In this document: piece after piece, positions 1-8,044 of the stretch
Layout: every line of letters begins with the position of its first letter
How positions within the stretch are numbered: position 1 is the first letter of the stretch
From: Delftia acidovorans NBRC 14950
Lineage (GTDB): Bacteria > Pseudomonadota > Gammaproteobacteria > Burkholderiales > Burkholderiaceae_C
Reading direction: 5' to 3'
Assembly: GCF_001598795.1 (NCBI RefSeq)
Contig: NZ_BCZP01000004.1
Coordinates: 311,838-343,837, forward strand
DNA length: 32,000 nucleotides
Program-made: the position numbers and the translations under genes
Notes under the pieces: generated by a model
The model's input: only the letters and a program-made list of their open reading frames with translations
What the model was told of the DNA's origin: nothing
Databases searched by the model: none

Positions 1-15
1 AACCGGCCCATTGTG

Positions 16-30
16 ATCGTGCCTTTTGAT
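16..30. promoter_or_regulatory. Candidate LysR-type operator (ATC-N9-GAT, T-N11-A shape)
   Basis: atcgtgccttttgat at 16-30 is an interrupted dyad of the classical LysR-box shape. It lies upstream of the LysR gene, next to a possible divergent start codon (cat 9-11). It is a single short motif that could occur by chance. Confidence 0.2.
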
Positions 31-296
31 TTCTCGAAGTGCGTGATGTCGAGGTTCACTTGCGGATTCCTGCAAGTGAGCAGGGGCTTGCCGATCCGGG
101 CCCGGAGAGCGCGCATTGTGGGAATCCATGGCCGTCGCCGCCCTGGTGCTCGCCTATAGTGGCTCCCCTGTAGTGGTGGCCGGTTCAGGCGGGCACCGGG
201 AGGCGAAGGGCGATGGTGGATTTTTCGATGGACAGCACCCCAGGCCGCCCGGCGCGGGACGGGCGCGCGCGGGCCGCGCTGGGCCAGTTGGGCGAC

Positions 297-1181
297 ATGG
301 ACCTGCGCCTGCTGCGCGTGTTCAAGGCCGTGGTCGAGTGCGGCGGCATGTCGGCTGCCGAGCTGGAGCTGAACATCGGCAGTTCCACGCTGAGCCGCCA
401 CATGAAGGACCTGGAGGAGCGCCTGGGCCTGACGCTGTGCCGGCGCGGGCGCGCGGGCTTCGCACTCACGCCCGAAGGCCACCGCATCTATGAGGCCACC
501 TTGCAACTGCTCGGTGGCGTGGAAGGCTTCCTGGGCCAGGTGGACGACATCCATGGCCGGCTGGCCGGCACGCTGGACGTGGCGCTGTTCGACAAGACCG
601 TGGGCAATCCGCAGTCGCGCATTCCCGAGGCGATCGGCGTTTTGCACGACCAGGCGCCGCAGCTGCATCTGCGCCTGCATGTGGCCTCCATCCAGGCCAT
701 CGAGCGGGGGCTGATGGAGGGGCGCTGGCAGGTGGGCGTGCTGCCATCGGCACCCAGTTCGGGCGCGCTGGACAGCGCCCGGCTGTTTGGCGAGCGCATG
801 CAGCTGTACTGCGCTCCCGGCCATCCGCTGCATGGCGCCGACCATGGCGGGCTGGACTGGGACAGCCTGGGTGCGCATGCCTTCGCAGGCCTGGGCTACC
901 AGTCACCCAACATGGCGCTCAGCCACCAGGCCGGCCTGCAGCGCCAGGCCACGGGTTTTGACCAGGAGGCCATTGCCATGCTGGTGCGATCGGGCCGCTA
1001 CCTGGGCTTTCTGCCCGATCACTATGCACAGGCCATGCAGGACCAGGGCCTGCTGCAGGCCGTGGCACCGCACCGCTTTTTCTATCTGTGCGATTTCTTC
1101 GCCGTCTGGCGCAATGCCGTGGCCCCTGGGCGTGCGGCCCGGGTGTTCATTGACGCCCTGCTGGCCGTGCACCATGGATGA
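297..1181 (+). CDS. LysR family transcriptional regulator
   Basis: ORF 213-1181. MDLRLLRVFKAVVECGGMSAAELELNIGSSTLSRHMKDLEERLG is a canonical LysR N-terminal wHTH, followed by a ~200 aa effector-binding-like region. Start set at ATG 297 because LysR proteins normally begin at the HTH. In-frame ATGs at 213 and 228 are alternatives. Confidence 0.9.
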   Translation: MDLRLLRVFKAVVECGGMSAAELELNIGSSTLSRHMKDLEERLGLTLCRRGRAGFALTPEGHRIYEATLQLLGGVEGFLGQVDDIHGRLAGTLDVALFDKTVGNPQSRIPEAIGVLHDQAPQLHLRLHVASIQAIERGLMEGRWQVGVLPSAPSSGALDSARLFGERMQLYCAPGHPLHGADHGGLDWDSLGAHAFAGLGYQSPNMALSHQAGLQRQATGFDQEAIAMLVRSGRYLGFLPDHYAQAMQDQGLLQAVAPHRFFYLCDFFAVWRNAVAPGRAARVFIDALLAVHHG

Positions 1182-1210
1182 ACGGGTTCATCACAGCCTT
1201 GGAAAGAGGA

Positions 1211-1279
1211 AATTCACAGGTTTGATATCAGGATGTGCACAGGTTTTTGCACAGCTTGTGCTCAGGTTTTTGCAGCGTA
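1211..1279. repeat. Three tandem 23-bp direct repeats (iteron-like), core TGTGC(A/T)CAGGTTTTTGCA
   Basis: Units at 1211-1233, 1234-1256 and 1257-1279. Units 2 and 3 match at 18/23 positions (17/18 over the core). Unit 1 is degenerate (13/23) but keeps CACAGGTTT in register. The region has lower GC and is non-coding. Confidence 0.6.
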
Positions 1280-1478
1280 TGCGCTTGACAATGTTTGGCA
1301 TTGTGGCTGGTGCCAGGGCTTCAGTCCGTCCCGATTGCGCCGACATGCATGCATGGATTCCGTGTCGGCCCTGGGCCGTACGAGCAGCGCCTTGATACCA
1401 ACGATTTCGCATTTCCCGGGTTCTTGCCACCATGCGCCGCCATGTCCACCTCTCTTGCCGCCACGGCAGGGCCGGGTT

Positions 1479-1601
1479 TCAGCCCGTGCCGCCATCGACC
1501 ATCCTGGCCAGGGTCTCGGCCAGCCATTTCCCGAATGAGTTTGCGCCAAGGGGCTGCATGGGTTTCGGCATGGGCATGGGCATGGGCATGGGCATGTTCA
1601 T
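1479..1601 (-). CDS. Small ORF (40 aa) with (Met-Pro)5 repeat, MNMPMPMPMPMPKPMQPLGANSFGKWLAETLARMVDGGTG
   Basis: Starts 19 nt downstream of the DUF2061 stop on the same strand. GGGAG lies 7 nt before ATG 1601, and GGAG lies 6 nt before the second ATG at 1595. I recognise no family, and high GC makes small ORFs unreliable. Confidence 0.3.
   Translation of the reverse strand: MNMPMPMPMPMPKPMQPLGANSFGKWLAETLARMVDGGTG
1567..1596. repeat. Perfect hexanucleotide microsatellite (GGCATG)x5
   Basis: Read directly: ggcatg repeated five times at 1567-1596. On the minus strand it encodes the Met-Pro repeat of the small ORF. The unit length of 6 keeps the reading frame on expansion or contraction. Confidence 0.95.
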
Positions 1602-1620
1602 CTCCGTGCTCCCGGCAGGC

Positions 1621-1920
1621 TCAGGCTGCAGCCGTGGGCGGCGCCATCGCGGCGGCGGCATCGGCACGGCGGCGCAGGCCCCGTTCCCAGAGCTTTTCAT
1701 GGAAGAAGAAGGCCACGGCCTGGACAGTGGGCTCCAGCAGGCTGAGCGTCAGCGCGGCCCAGAGGTTGCGGGTCACGGCATAGGCCACGGCCGCCGCCAC
1801 CGTGACGTGGATGACGTAGTAGCTGGCGGTTTTCATCAGCGTGTGGCGGTGGTGGTGCAAGGTCTGGCGGATGCGGGTCATGGTGCTTTCCTCGGGGCTT
1901 TTCTCGTGATGAGACTCCAT
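1621..1920 (-). CDS. DUF2061 domain-containing membrane protein
   Basis: This is the C-terminal 99 codons of the long spurious ORF 1621-3414. TLMKTASYYVIHVTVAAAVAYAVTRNLWAALTLSLLEPTVQAVAFFFHEKLWE is the two-helix DUF2061 pattern as I recall it. Start is ATG 1920, with ATG 1881 (MTRIRQ) as an alternative. Confidence 0.8.
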   Translation of the reverse strand: MESHHEKSPEESTMTRIRQTLHHHRHTLMKTASYYVIHVTVAAAVAYAVTRNLWAALTLSLLEPTVQAVAFFFHEKLWERGLRRRADAAAAMAPPTAAA

Positions 1921-2031
1921 GCTAGGTGTGATCAATAGCTGCGGCCAATCGAAAATGAATATCAAAGACATGAAGACTATCGATGGCGGGCAGGCAGGTG
2001 CCGTGGCCCTGTGCCATTCAGGGGGGGCGCC

Positions 2032-5000
2032 ATGAATTGGGACGAGATCTTCGTGCTCGGATGGGCACCCCATCCGCAGTGGTTCCAGTGGCTGCATCCG
2101 GGCCTGGTGACGCTGTCGGTGGTGGTGGCCGTGGCCACGTCGATGATGGCCATGCAGATCGCGGGGCTGGCGCGCAATGCCGCCTCGCCCCGGATACGCC
2201 GCACCGGCGTGCTGACCGGCGCCTTCTGCCTGGGCGCCGGCATCTGGGCCATGCACTTCATCGGCATGCTCGCCTTTGTGCCCTGCACCTTCGGCGACTA
2301 CGACCCCTGGATCACCGCGCTGTCCATGCTGCCCAGCATGCTGGCGTCCTGGCTGGCGCTGACGCTGATGGTGCGGCCCCGGCTGTCCGCCCAGGCGCTG
2401 GTCGGCGGCGGCGTGCTCATGGGGCTGGGCATTGGCTCCATGCACTACATCGGCATGGCGGCGGCCCAGACCTGGAGCCTGATGCTCTACGACCCCTGGG
2501 GCGTGCTGCTGTCGGTGATCGTGGCCGCCACCATGGCCATGCTGTCGCTGTGGGTGCGCTTTCGGCTGGGCAACACGGGCCGCCTGTGGCCCACGCTGGT
2601 GGCCGGCATAGTCATGGGCCTGGCCATTTCCTGCATGCACTATGCGGGCCTGTACGCACTGCGCCTCAAGCCCGGTATCGATGCGCTGGCGCAGCAGGAG
2701 GCACCCACGCATGCGCTGCTGGTGTTCTCCATCGTGGGCGTGGTGGTGCTGATCTTCGGCTTGGTGCTCGCGGTCAACATGACGCTGCGCTACCGCCAGA
2801 TCTACCGGCAGGTCCAGCGCAGCGAGTCGCGCCTGCGCGCCGTGGTGGATACGGCGGTGGACGGCATCGTGATGATCGACGGGCGCGGCAGCATCGTCTC
2901 GTTCAACGGCGCGGCCGAGCGGCTGCTGGGCTGGACGGCGCAGGAGGTGCTGGGCCGCAGCGCCAGCCTGCTCATGCCTGCGTCGGGCTGCGATGGTGAG
3001 GGCGGCTCGCTGGAAAAGCAGCTGGCCGCGGGCTTTGCAGGCCTGCTCGGCTCCAGCCGCGATGTCCATGCCCTGCACAAGGACGGCACGCAGATCGCCG
3101 TGCGCCTGGCCGTGGGCCGGGTGGCGATTGCGGGCGATCCGCTGTTCGTGGGCTTTGTGACCGACATCCGCGAGCGCCGCCAGATGCTGCAGTCGCTGCG
3201 CCGCAGCGAGGAGCAGTACCGCACCCTGATCAACAACGTGCCCGGCACCACCTTCCGCTGCCTGTATGACGGCAAGTGGACGCCGCTGCTGCTCAGCCGC
3301 TCCATCAAAGAGCTGACCGGCTGGACGGAGCAGGACTTCACGGACGGGCTCACGGGCTGGGACCGGCTCATCCATGCCGAGGACCGCGACCGGCTGGAGG
3401 CTGCGGTCTCGCATTCGCTGTCACGGCGCCAGACCTACAACGCCGACTACCGCCTGCTGCACCGCGACGGCAGCACCCGCTGGGTGTCCGAGACCGGGCG
3501 CGGCGTCTTCAACGAGCACGACGAGCTGACCTGGATCGACGGCGTGATCATGGACCAGACGGCGGCGCGCGCGCGCAATGCCGAGTTCGAGGGCACGGTG
3601 CGCGCCATCGACCTGTCGCTGGCCACCATCGAGTACGACCTGCTGGGCCAAGTGCTGCGCGCCAACCGCAATTTCCTGGACCTGTTCGGCTACCGGCTCG
3701 ACGAGGTCGCGGGCCGCCACCACGGCATGTTCTGCGAGCCCGGCTATGCCCACACGCCCGAGCATGTGCAGTTCTGGCGCCGGCTGGCCGAGGGCGAGTT
3801 CCAGGCCGGCGAATTCCTGCGCTGCGGGCGCGAGGGGCGGCGCATCTGGGTGCAGGCCACCTACAACCCCATACGCGACGCCGACGGCCGGCCCTACAAG
3901 ATCGTCAAGCTGCTCACCGACATCAGCGCCCAGCGCAAGCTGGCCCAGGAGCTGGTGCTGGCCAAGGAGCATGCCGAGGCGGCCGCCGCCGCGCGCAGCA
4001 CCTTCCTGGCCAACATGAGCCACGAAATCCGCACGCCCATGAACGCCATCATCGGCTTCACCGAGGCGCTGCGCGAAACCGCCCTGCAGCCCACGCAGGC
4101 GCGCTACCTGGACACGGTGCACTACGCGGCGCGCTCCATGCTGCGCCTGCTCAATGACATCCTGGACACGGCCAAGCTCGACAAGGGCGCGGTGGAGCTG
4201 GAGATCGAGGATTTCTCGGTGCGCGAGCTGTGCCAGCAGATCCTGGCGTCGCTGCGCATCACGGCCGACCGCAAGGGCCTGGACCTGCGCCTGGACTACG
4301 ACCCGCACACCCCGGCAGCCCTGCGCGGCGACGGCATGCGCGTGCAGCAGATCCTGGTGAACCTGCTGGGCAATGCCGTGAAGTTCACCGAGCGTGGCCA
4401 TGTGCTGCTGCGCGTGCGCTACGAGCAGGGCGTGCTGCAGCTCGATGTGCATGACACGGGCATCGGCATCGCGCCCGAGAAGATCCACCGCATCTTCGAC
4501 CCCTTTGCCCAGGCCGATGCCTCGACCACGCGGCGCTTTGGCGGCACGGGCCTGGGCACGACCATCTCGCGCCAGCTGGCCGAGCTCATGGGCGGCAGCA
4601 TCCAGCTGCACAGCACCGTGGGCGTGGGCACGGTGTTCGAGGTGCGCCTGCCCCTGCCGGTCGGCGAGAGTCCGCTGTCCGAGCGCGGCGCGGCCAGCCG
4701 CGGCCTGCCGCCGCTGCACATCCTGGCCGTGGACGATGTGCCCGAGAACCTGGAGCTGCTGCAGATCAACTTCTCCAGCCAGAACCACCAGATGGCGCTG
4801 GCGCATGACGGCGCCGAGGCGCTGCGCTGCGTGCAGGCACAGGAGCCGCCCTTCGACGTGGTGCTGATGGACCTGCAGATGCCGGGCATGGACGGCCTGG
4901 CGGCGGCGCGTGCCATCCGCGTCTGGGAGCGGCAGCTGCAGCGCCGGCCCGTGCCCATCGTCGCGCTGTCGGCCAGCGTGCTGGAGAAGGACCGCAGCGA

Positions 5001-5802
5001 CGCCAGCGCCGCCGGCATGGACGGCTTTGCCTCCAAACCGCTGGACATGGCGCGGCTGCAGGCCGAGATCGCGCGGCTGCTGTCGCTGCAGGTGGCGCTC
5101 AAGGAGGCCAGGCCGCCCGCGCCCGCCAGTGCCCAGGCGGGGCTGCCCGATGTCACGGTGGACTGGGCCTCGGGCATTGCGCTGTGGGGCCGGGTCGATC
5201 CGCTGGTGGCCGCCATTCGGCGCTTTCTGAACGAGCAGCTTGATCTGGCCGATCGCCTGCGCCGCGCCCTGCAGCGCCCGGGGGCCGAAGCCCTGGTGGG
5301 CCTGGCGCACCGCGTGCGCGGCGCGGCAGGCAACCTGGGGCTGCAGGCTGTATACCGCCTGGCATCGCGCCTGGAAGGCCATGCGCAGGATGGCGCCCCG
5401 CAGCCCCAGCTGCTTGCCCTCATCGACCAGTTGCAGCAGGCGCTGGATGCCGTGACGCAGGAGCTGCGCCAGCGCCATCCGGCCGCCATGCCGGTGGCCG
5501 AGGTCGCGGGCCAGGCGCTGCCCGGCGGCACGGCACCGGCGCCGCCCGTGACCGATGCCGGGCCGCAGGGCGGCGCGTCCTGCCTGCCGGCCGATGCCCG
5601 GCCCTGGCTGGAGCGCATCGTTGCCGCATTGCAAAGCGGGGAGCTGGACGGGCAGGCCATGCAGGCCCTGGTGCGCATACTGACGGCCGAACAGCTGCAA
5701 CCACTGCAGCAGGCACTGGATAATTTCGACTTCGAGCGTGCGCAGGAATGCGCCCAGCAGCTGCAGCAGCAACTGCCCTCGATCGATGGAGACAGAGCAT
5801 GA
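2032..5802 (+). CDS. Hybrid sensor histidine kinase: MHYT membrane domain, 3 PAS, HisKA, HATPase_c, REC, Hpt
   Basis: Three MH(F/Y) motifs in TM helices (codons at 2251, 2440, 2635). Three PAS-like segments. H-box SHEIRTPMN (His 4021-4023). N/G boxes (NAVKFT, DTGIGI, GGTGLG). REC with DLQMPGMDG (Asp 4870-4872). Hpt HRVRGAAGNLG (His 5308-5310). Start is ATG 2032 after a G-run; GTG 2011 is an alternative. Confidence 0.9.
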   Translation: MNWDEIFVLGWAPHPQWFQWLHPGLVTLSVVVAVATSMMAMQIAGLARNAASPRIRRTGVLTGAFCLGAGIWAMHFIGMLAFVPCTFGDYDPWITALSMLPSMLASWLALTLMVRPRLSAQALVGGGVLMGLGIGSMHYIGMAAAQTWSLMLYDPWGVLLSVIVAATMAMLSLWVRFRLGNTGRLWPTLVAGIVMGLAISCMHYAGLYALRLKPGIDALAQQEAPTHALLVFSIVGVVVLIFGLVLAVNMTLRYRQIYRQVQRSESRLRAVVDTAVDGIVMIDGRGSIVSFNGAAERLLGWTAQEVLGRSASLLMPASGCDGEGGSLEKQLAAGFAGLLGSSRDVHALHKDGTQIAVRLAVGRVAIAGDPLFVGFVTDIRERRQMLQSLRRSEEQYRTLINNVPGTTFRCLYDGKWTPLLLSRSIKELTGWTEQDFTDGLTGWDRLIHAEDRDRLEAAVSHSLSRRQTYNADYRLLHRDGSTRWVSETGRGVFNEHDELTWIDGVIMDQTAARARNAEFEGTVRAIDLSLATIEYDLLGQVLRANRNFLDLFGYRLDEVAGRHHGMFCEPGYAHTPEHVQFWRRLAEGEFQAGEFLRCGREGRRIWVQATYNPIRDADGRPYKIVKLLTDISAQRKLAQELVLAKEHAEAAAAARSTFLANMSHEIRTPMNAIIGFTEALRETALQPTQARYLDTVHYAARSMLRLLNDILDTAKLDKGAVELEIEDFSVRELCQQILASLRITADRKGLDLRLDYDPHTPAALRGDGMRVQQILVNLLGNAVKFTERGHVLLRVRYEQGVLQLDVHDTGIGIAPEKIHRIFDPFAQADASTTRRFGGTGLGTTISRQLAELMGGSIQLHSTVGVGTVFEVRLPLPVGESPLSERGAASRGLPPLHILAVDDVPENLELLQINFSSQNHQMALAHDGAEALRCVQAQEPPFDVVLMDLQMPGMDGLAAARAIRVWERQLQRRPVPIVALSASVLEKDRSDASAAGMDGFASKPLDMARLQAEIARLLSLQVALKEARPPAPASAQAGLPDVTVDWASGIALWGRVDPLVAAIRRFLNEQLDLADRLRRALQRPGAEALVGLAHRVRGAAGNLGLQAVYRLASRLEGHAQDGAPQPQLLALIDQLQQALDAVTQELRQRHPAAMPVAEVAGQALPGGTAPAPPVTDAGPQGGASCLPADARPWLERIVAALQSGELDGQAMQALVRILTAEQLQPLQQALDNFDFERAQECAQQLQQQLPSIDGDRA

Positions 5803-6800
5803 ATGCGCCCAATCTACTGGCAACGGACAAGCGCCCGCGCCTGCTGCTGGTCGATGACGACCCGACCAACCTGCATGTGCTGCGCCAGATCCTGGGCGAG
5901 GACTACCGGCTCTCGTTCGCCACGGACGGGCGCAAGGCACTGCAGCTGGCACAGCACCAGCCGGACCTGATCCTGCTGGACATCATGATGCCCGAGCTGG
6001 ACGGCTACGCCGTGTGCCGCCAGCTCAAGGCACATGCCGACACCGCCCGCATCCCGGTGATCTTCATCACGGCCCTGTCGGACGGGCAGGACGAGGCGCT
6101 GGGCTTTGCCTCCGGCGCGGTGGACTACATCGTCAAGCCCGTGCGTGCGCCTGTGGTGCGCGCGCGGGTGCGCAACCACCTGTCGCTGGTCAAGCTCGAC
6201 GAGTTGCGCAGCACCCGCCTGCAGATCGTGCAGCGCCTGGGCCGCGCGGCCGAGTACCGCGACAACGAAACCGGCATGCACGTGATCCGCATGAGCCACT
6301 ACGCAAAGACGTTGGCGCTGGCGGCCGGCTGCACGGACGAGTGGGCGGACGACCTGCTCAACGCCGCGCCCATGCACGACGTGGGCAAGATCGGCATCCC
6401 CGACGCCATCCTGCTCAAGAACGGCCCGCTGACGGCCGAGGAATGGACGGTCATGCGCCGCCATCCGCAGATCGGCGCCGAGATCATTGGCGAGCACGAC
6501 TCCCAGGTGCTGCAGATGGCCTACAGCATTGCGCTGACCCATCACGAGAAATGGGACGGCACGGGCTACCCGCAGGGCCTGGCGGGCGAGGACATTCCGC
6601 TGGCCTCGCGCATCGTGGCCGTGGCCGACGTGTTCGACGCGCTCACCACGGAGCGCCCCTACAAGCACGCCTGGACCGTGGACGACGCCATGGAGCACAT
6701 AGAGCAGCAGGCCGGCGCCCACTTCGACCCGCGCCTGGTGCCGCTGTTCATCGGCCTGCGCCCGCAGCTGGAAGACATACGCGAGCGCTGGAAGGATTGA
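5799..6800 (+). CDS. Two-component response regulator with HD-GYP domain (c-di-GMP phosphodiesterase type, RpfG-like)
   Basis: REC domain (RLLLVDDD, LLDIMMPELDG with Asp 5979-5981, KP). HD-GYP domain (HDVGKIGIP, HHEKWDGTGYPQGL). The ATG at 5799 overlaps the kinase stop (ATGA at 5799-5802), indicating translational coupling. Confidence 0.9.
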   Translation: MNAPNLLATDKRPRLLLVDDDPTNLHVLRQILGEDYRLSFATDGRKALQLAQHQPDLILLDIMMPELDGYAVCRQLKAHADTARIPVIFITALSDGQDEALGFASGAVDYIVKPVRAPVVRARVRNHLSLVKLDELRSTRLQIVQRLGRAAEYRDNETGMHVIRMSHYAKTLALAAGCTDEWADDLLNAAPMHDVGKIGIPDAILLKNGPLTAEEWTVMRRHPQIGAEIIGEHDSQVLQMAYSIALTHHEKWDGTGYPQGLAGEDIPLASRIVAVADVFDALTTERPYKHAWTVDDAMEHIEQQAGAHFDPRLVPLFIGLRPQLEDIRERWKD

Positions 6801-6894
6801 CCGCACCGGCAGCACCGATTCCGGCAGGGCATGCTGGGGCATGGGCCATCGCTTACCCTGGCGGGCCTGCCATCGGCGCTCAAATGACCTGTCC

Positions 6895-7419
6895 ATGTCT
6901 TCTCCCCCGCCCCTCGCTGGCCGCTTCCATGTCCGCGCACTGACCGCTGCCGACCTGTCCGATCTGCTGCACATCCAGCTGGCCTGCTATGGCGCGGACT
7001 ATGCCGAGAGCGGCGAGGTCTTTGCGCGGCGCCTGGCCAGCGCGGCGAACTGCTCGCTGGCGCTGGAGCAGGGCGGTCGGGTGCGCGCCTACCTCGCGGC
7101 CTACCGCAGCCGGATGGCCAAGATCACCCCGCTGCACGGTGACTTCGAAGCCGTGGAACAGGCCGACACCCTCTACCTGCACGACATGGCCGTGCACCCC
7201 GACGCTGCAGGCCAGGGCCTGGCGCGCGCGCTGCTGGCGCCGCTGTGGGACAGGGCGCGTGCCGAGGGCCTGCGCCACACGGCCCTGGTCTCGGTGCAGG
7301 GCTCACGCGGCTACTGGGAGCGCCATGGCTATGCCGTGCAGGCGCTGGTGAACCCGCTGCAGCAGCAGCGCCTGGACAGCTATGGCGATGATGCGCTGTA
7401 CATGGTCCGGCCGCTGTAG
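6895..7419 (+). CDS. GNAT family N-acetyltransferase
   Basis: LYLHDMAVHPDAAGQGLARALLAPLWDRARAEG followed by GYWERHGY is the acetyl-CoA binding motif A/B pattern of GNATs. The start is uncertain (ATG 6895 versus 6841). Confidence 0.75.
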   Translation: MSSPPPLAGRFHVRALTAADLSDLLHIQLACYGADYAESGEVFARRLASAANCSLALEQGGRVRAYLAAYRSRMAKITPLHGDFEAVEQADTLYLHDMAVHPDAAGQGLARALLAPLWDRARAEGLRHTALVSVQGSRGYWERHGYAVQALVNPLQQQRLDSYGDDALYMVRPL

Positions 7420-7446
7420 GGCGCGGTGTCGCGTGGGTGGCCGGCA

Positions 7447-7468
7447 GGGCGTGTTGAGGGCGTGTTGA
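7447..7468. repeat. Perfect 11-bp tandem duplication gggcgtgttga x2
   Basis: Read directly at 7447-7457 and 7458-7468 in the GNAT-NUDIX intergenic spacer. Confidence 0.9.
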
Positions 7469-7508
7469 TGGGGTTTTGGCCGGGACGTGCTGGCCGCCTC
7501 TGGTCATA

Positions 7509-8009
7509 ATGCGCGCCATGCCCGATCGCTGGAAACCCAATGTCACTGTGGCGGCCATCATTGAGCGCGATGGCCGTTTTCTGCTGGTGGAAGAAGACAC
7601 GGCCGATGGCGTGCGCTACAACACGCCCGCAGGCCATCTCGACCCGGCCGAGTCGCCCATCGCCGCCTGCGTGCGCGAGGTCGATGAGGAAACCGCGCAC
7701 GACTTCGTGCCCACGGCCCTGGTCGGCATTTACCTGAACCGCTTCGTGCGCACGCGCACGGGTTCGGACATCACTTATCTGCGCTTTGCGTTCACGGGCG
7801 AGCTGGGCGGGTTCCGGCCCGGCCAGCCGCTGGACGACGGCATCCTGCGCACGGTCTGGATGACGCTGGACGAACTGAAGGCCTGCACCGCCCAGCACCG
7901 CAGCCCGCTGGTGATGCAAAGCATCGAGGACTACCTGGCCGGCCGCCGCTACCCGCTGGAGCTGATCCATACCGATCCCAGCGTGATGCAGGCTCCGCAG
8001 CCCCACTGA
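7509..8009 (+). CDS. NUDIX hydrolase
   Basis: NUDIX box PAGHLDPAESPIAACVREVDEETAH (GX5EX7REUXEEXGU pattern), preceded by VTVAAIIERDGRFLLVEE. Start is ATG 7509 or 7518. No clear SD precedes either. Confidence 0.85.
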   Translation: MRAMPDRWKPNVTVAAIIERDGRFLLVEEDTADGVRYNTPAGHLDPAESPIAACVREVDEETAHDFVPTALVGIYLNRFVRTRTGSDITYLRFAFTGELGGFRPGQPLDDGILRTVWMTLDELKACTAQHRSPLVMQSIEDYLAGRRYPLELIHTDPSVMQAPQPH

Positions 8010-8044
8010 GTCACCAAGGCACCGAGCACCATGCCGGCCCTGTC

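Noticed and set aside
1-11. Possible start (cat at 9-11, MGR...) of a minus-strand gene divergent from the LysR gene.
   Set aside because: Only 11 nt are visible. I cannot distinguish a real start from chance.
1567-1596. Could the short repeats be a CRISPR array?
   Set aside because: It is a 6-bp microsatellite with no spacers. No cas genes or repeat-spacer periodicity occur anywhere in the window.
1921-3414. Upstream 498 codons of ORF 1621-3414, as an extension of the DUF2061 gene.
   Set aside because: Only the last ~99 codons resemble DUF2061. The rest is antisense to the MHYT kinase and has junk-like composition.
3421-5952. 843-aa minus-strand ORF antisense to the hybrid kinase. Similar giants are at 16618-19863, 12887-15244, 22939-24861, 24716-26236, 27399-29570, 5814-6974 and 10553-11788.
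   Set aside because: Their composition (Arg/Ala/Gly/His/Gln-rich, no recognisable domains) and their position exactly opposite well-supported genes are the usual stop-codon-poor antisense artefact of high-GC DNA.
6895-8009. GNAT plus NUDIX as a toxin-antitoxin or defence pair.
   Set aside because: GNAT toxins pair with small RHH/HTH antitoxins, not NUDIX enzymes. Gene sizes, the ~90-bp spacer and the lack of mobile-element context do not fit.
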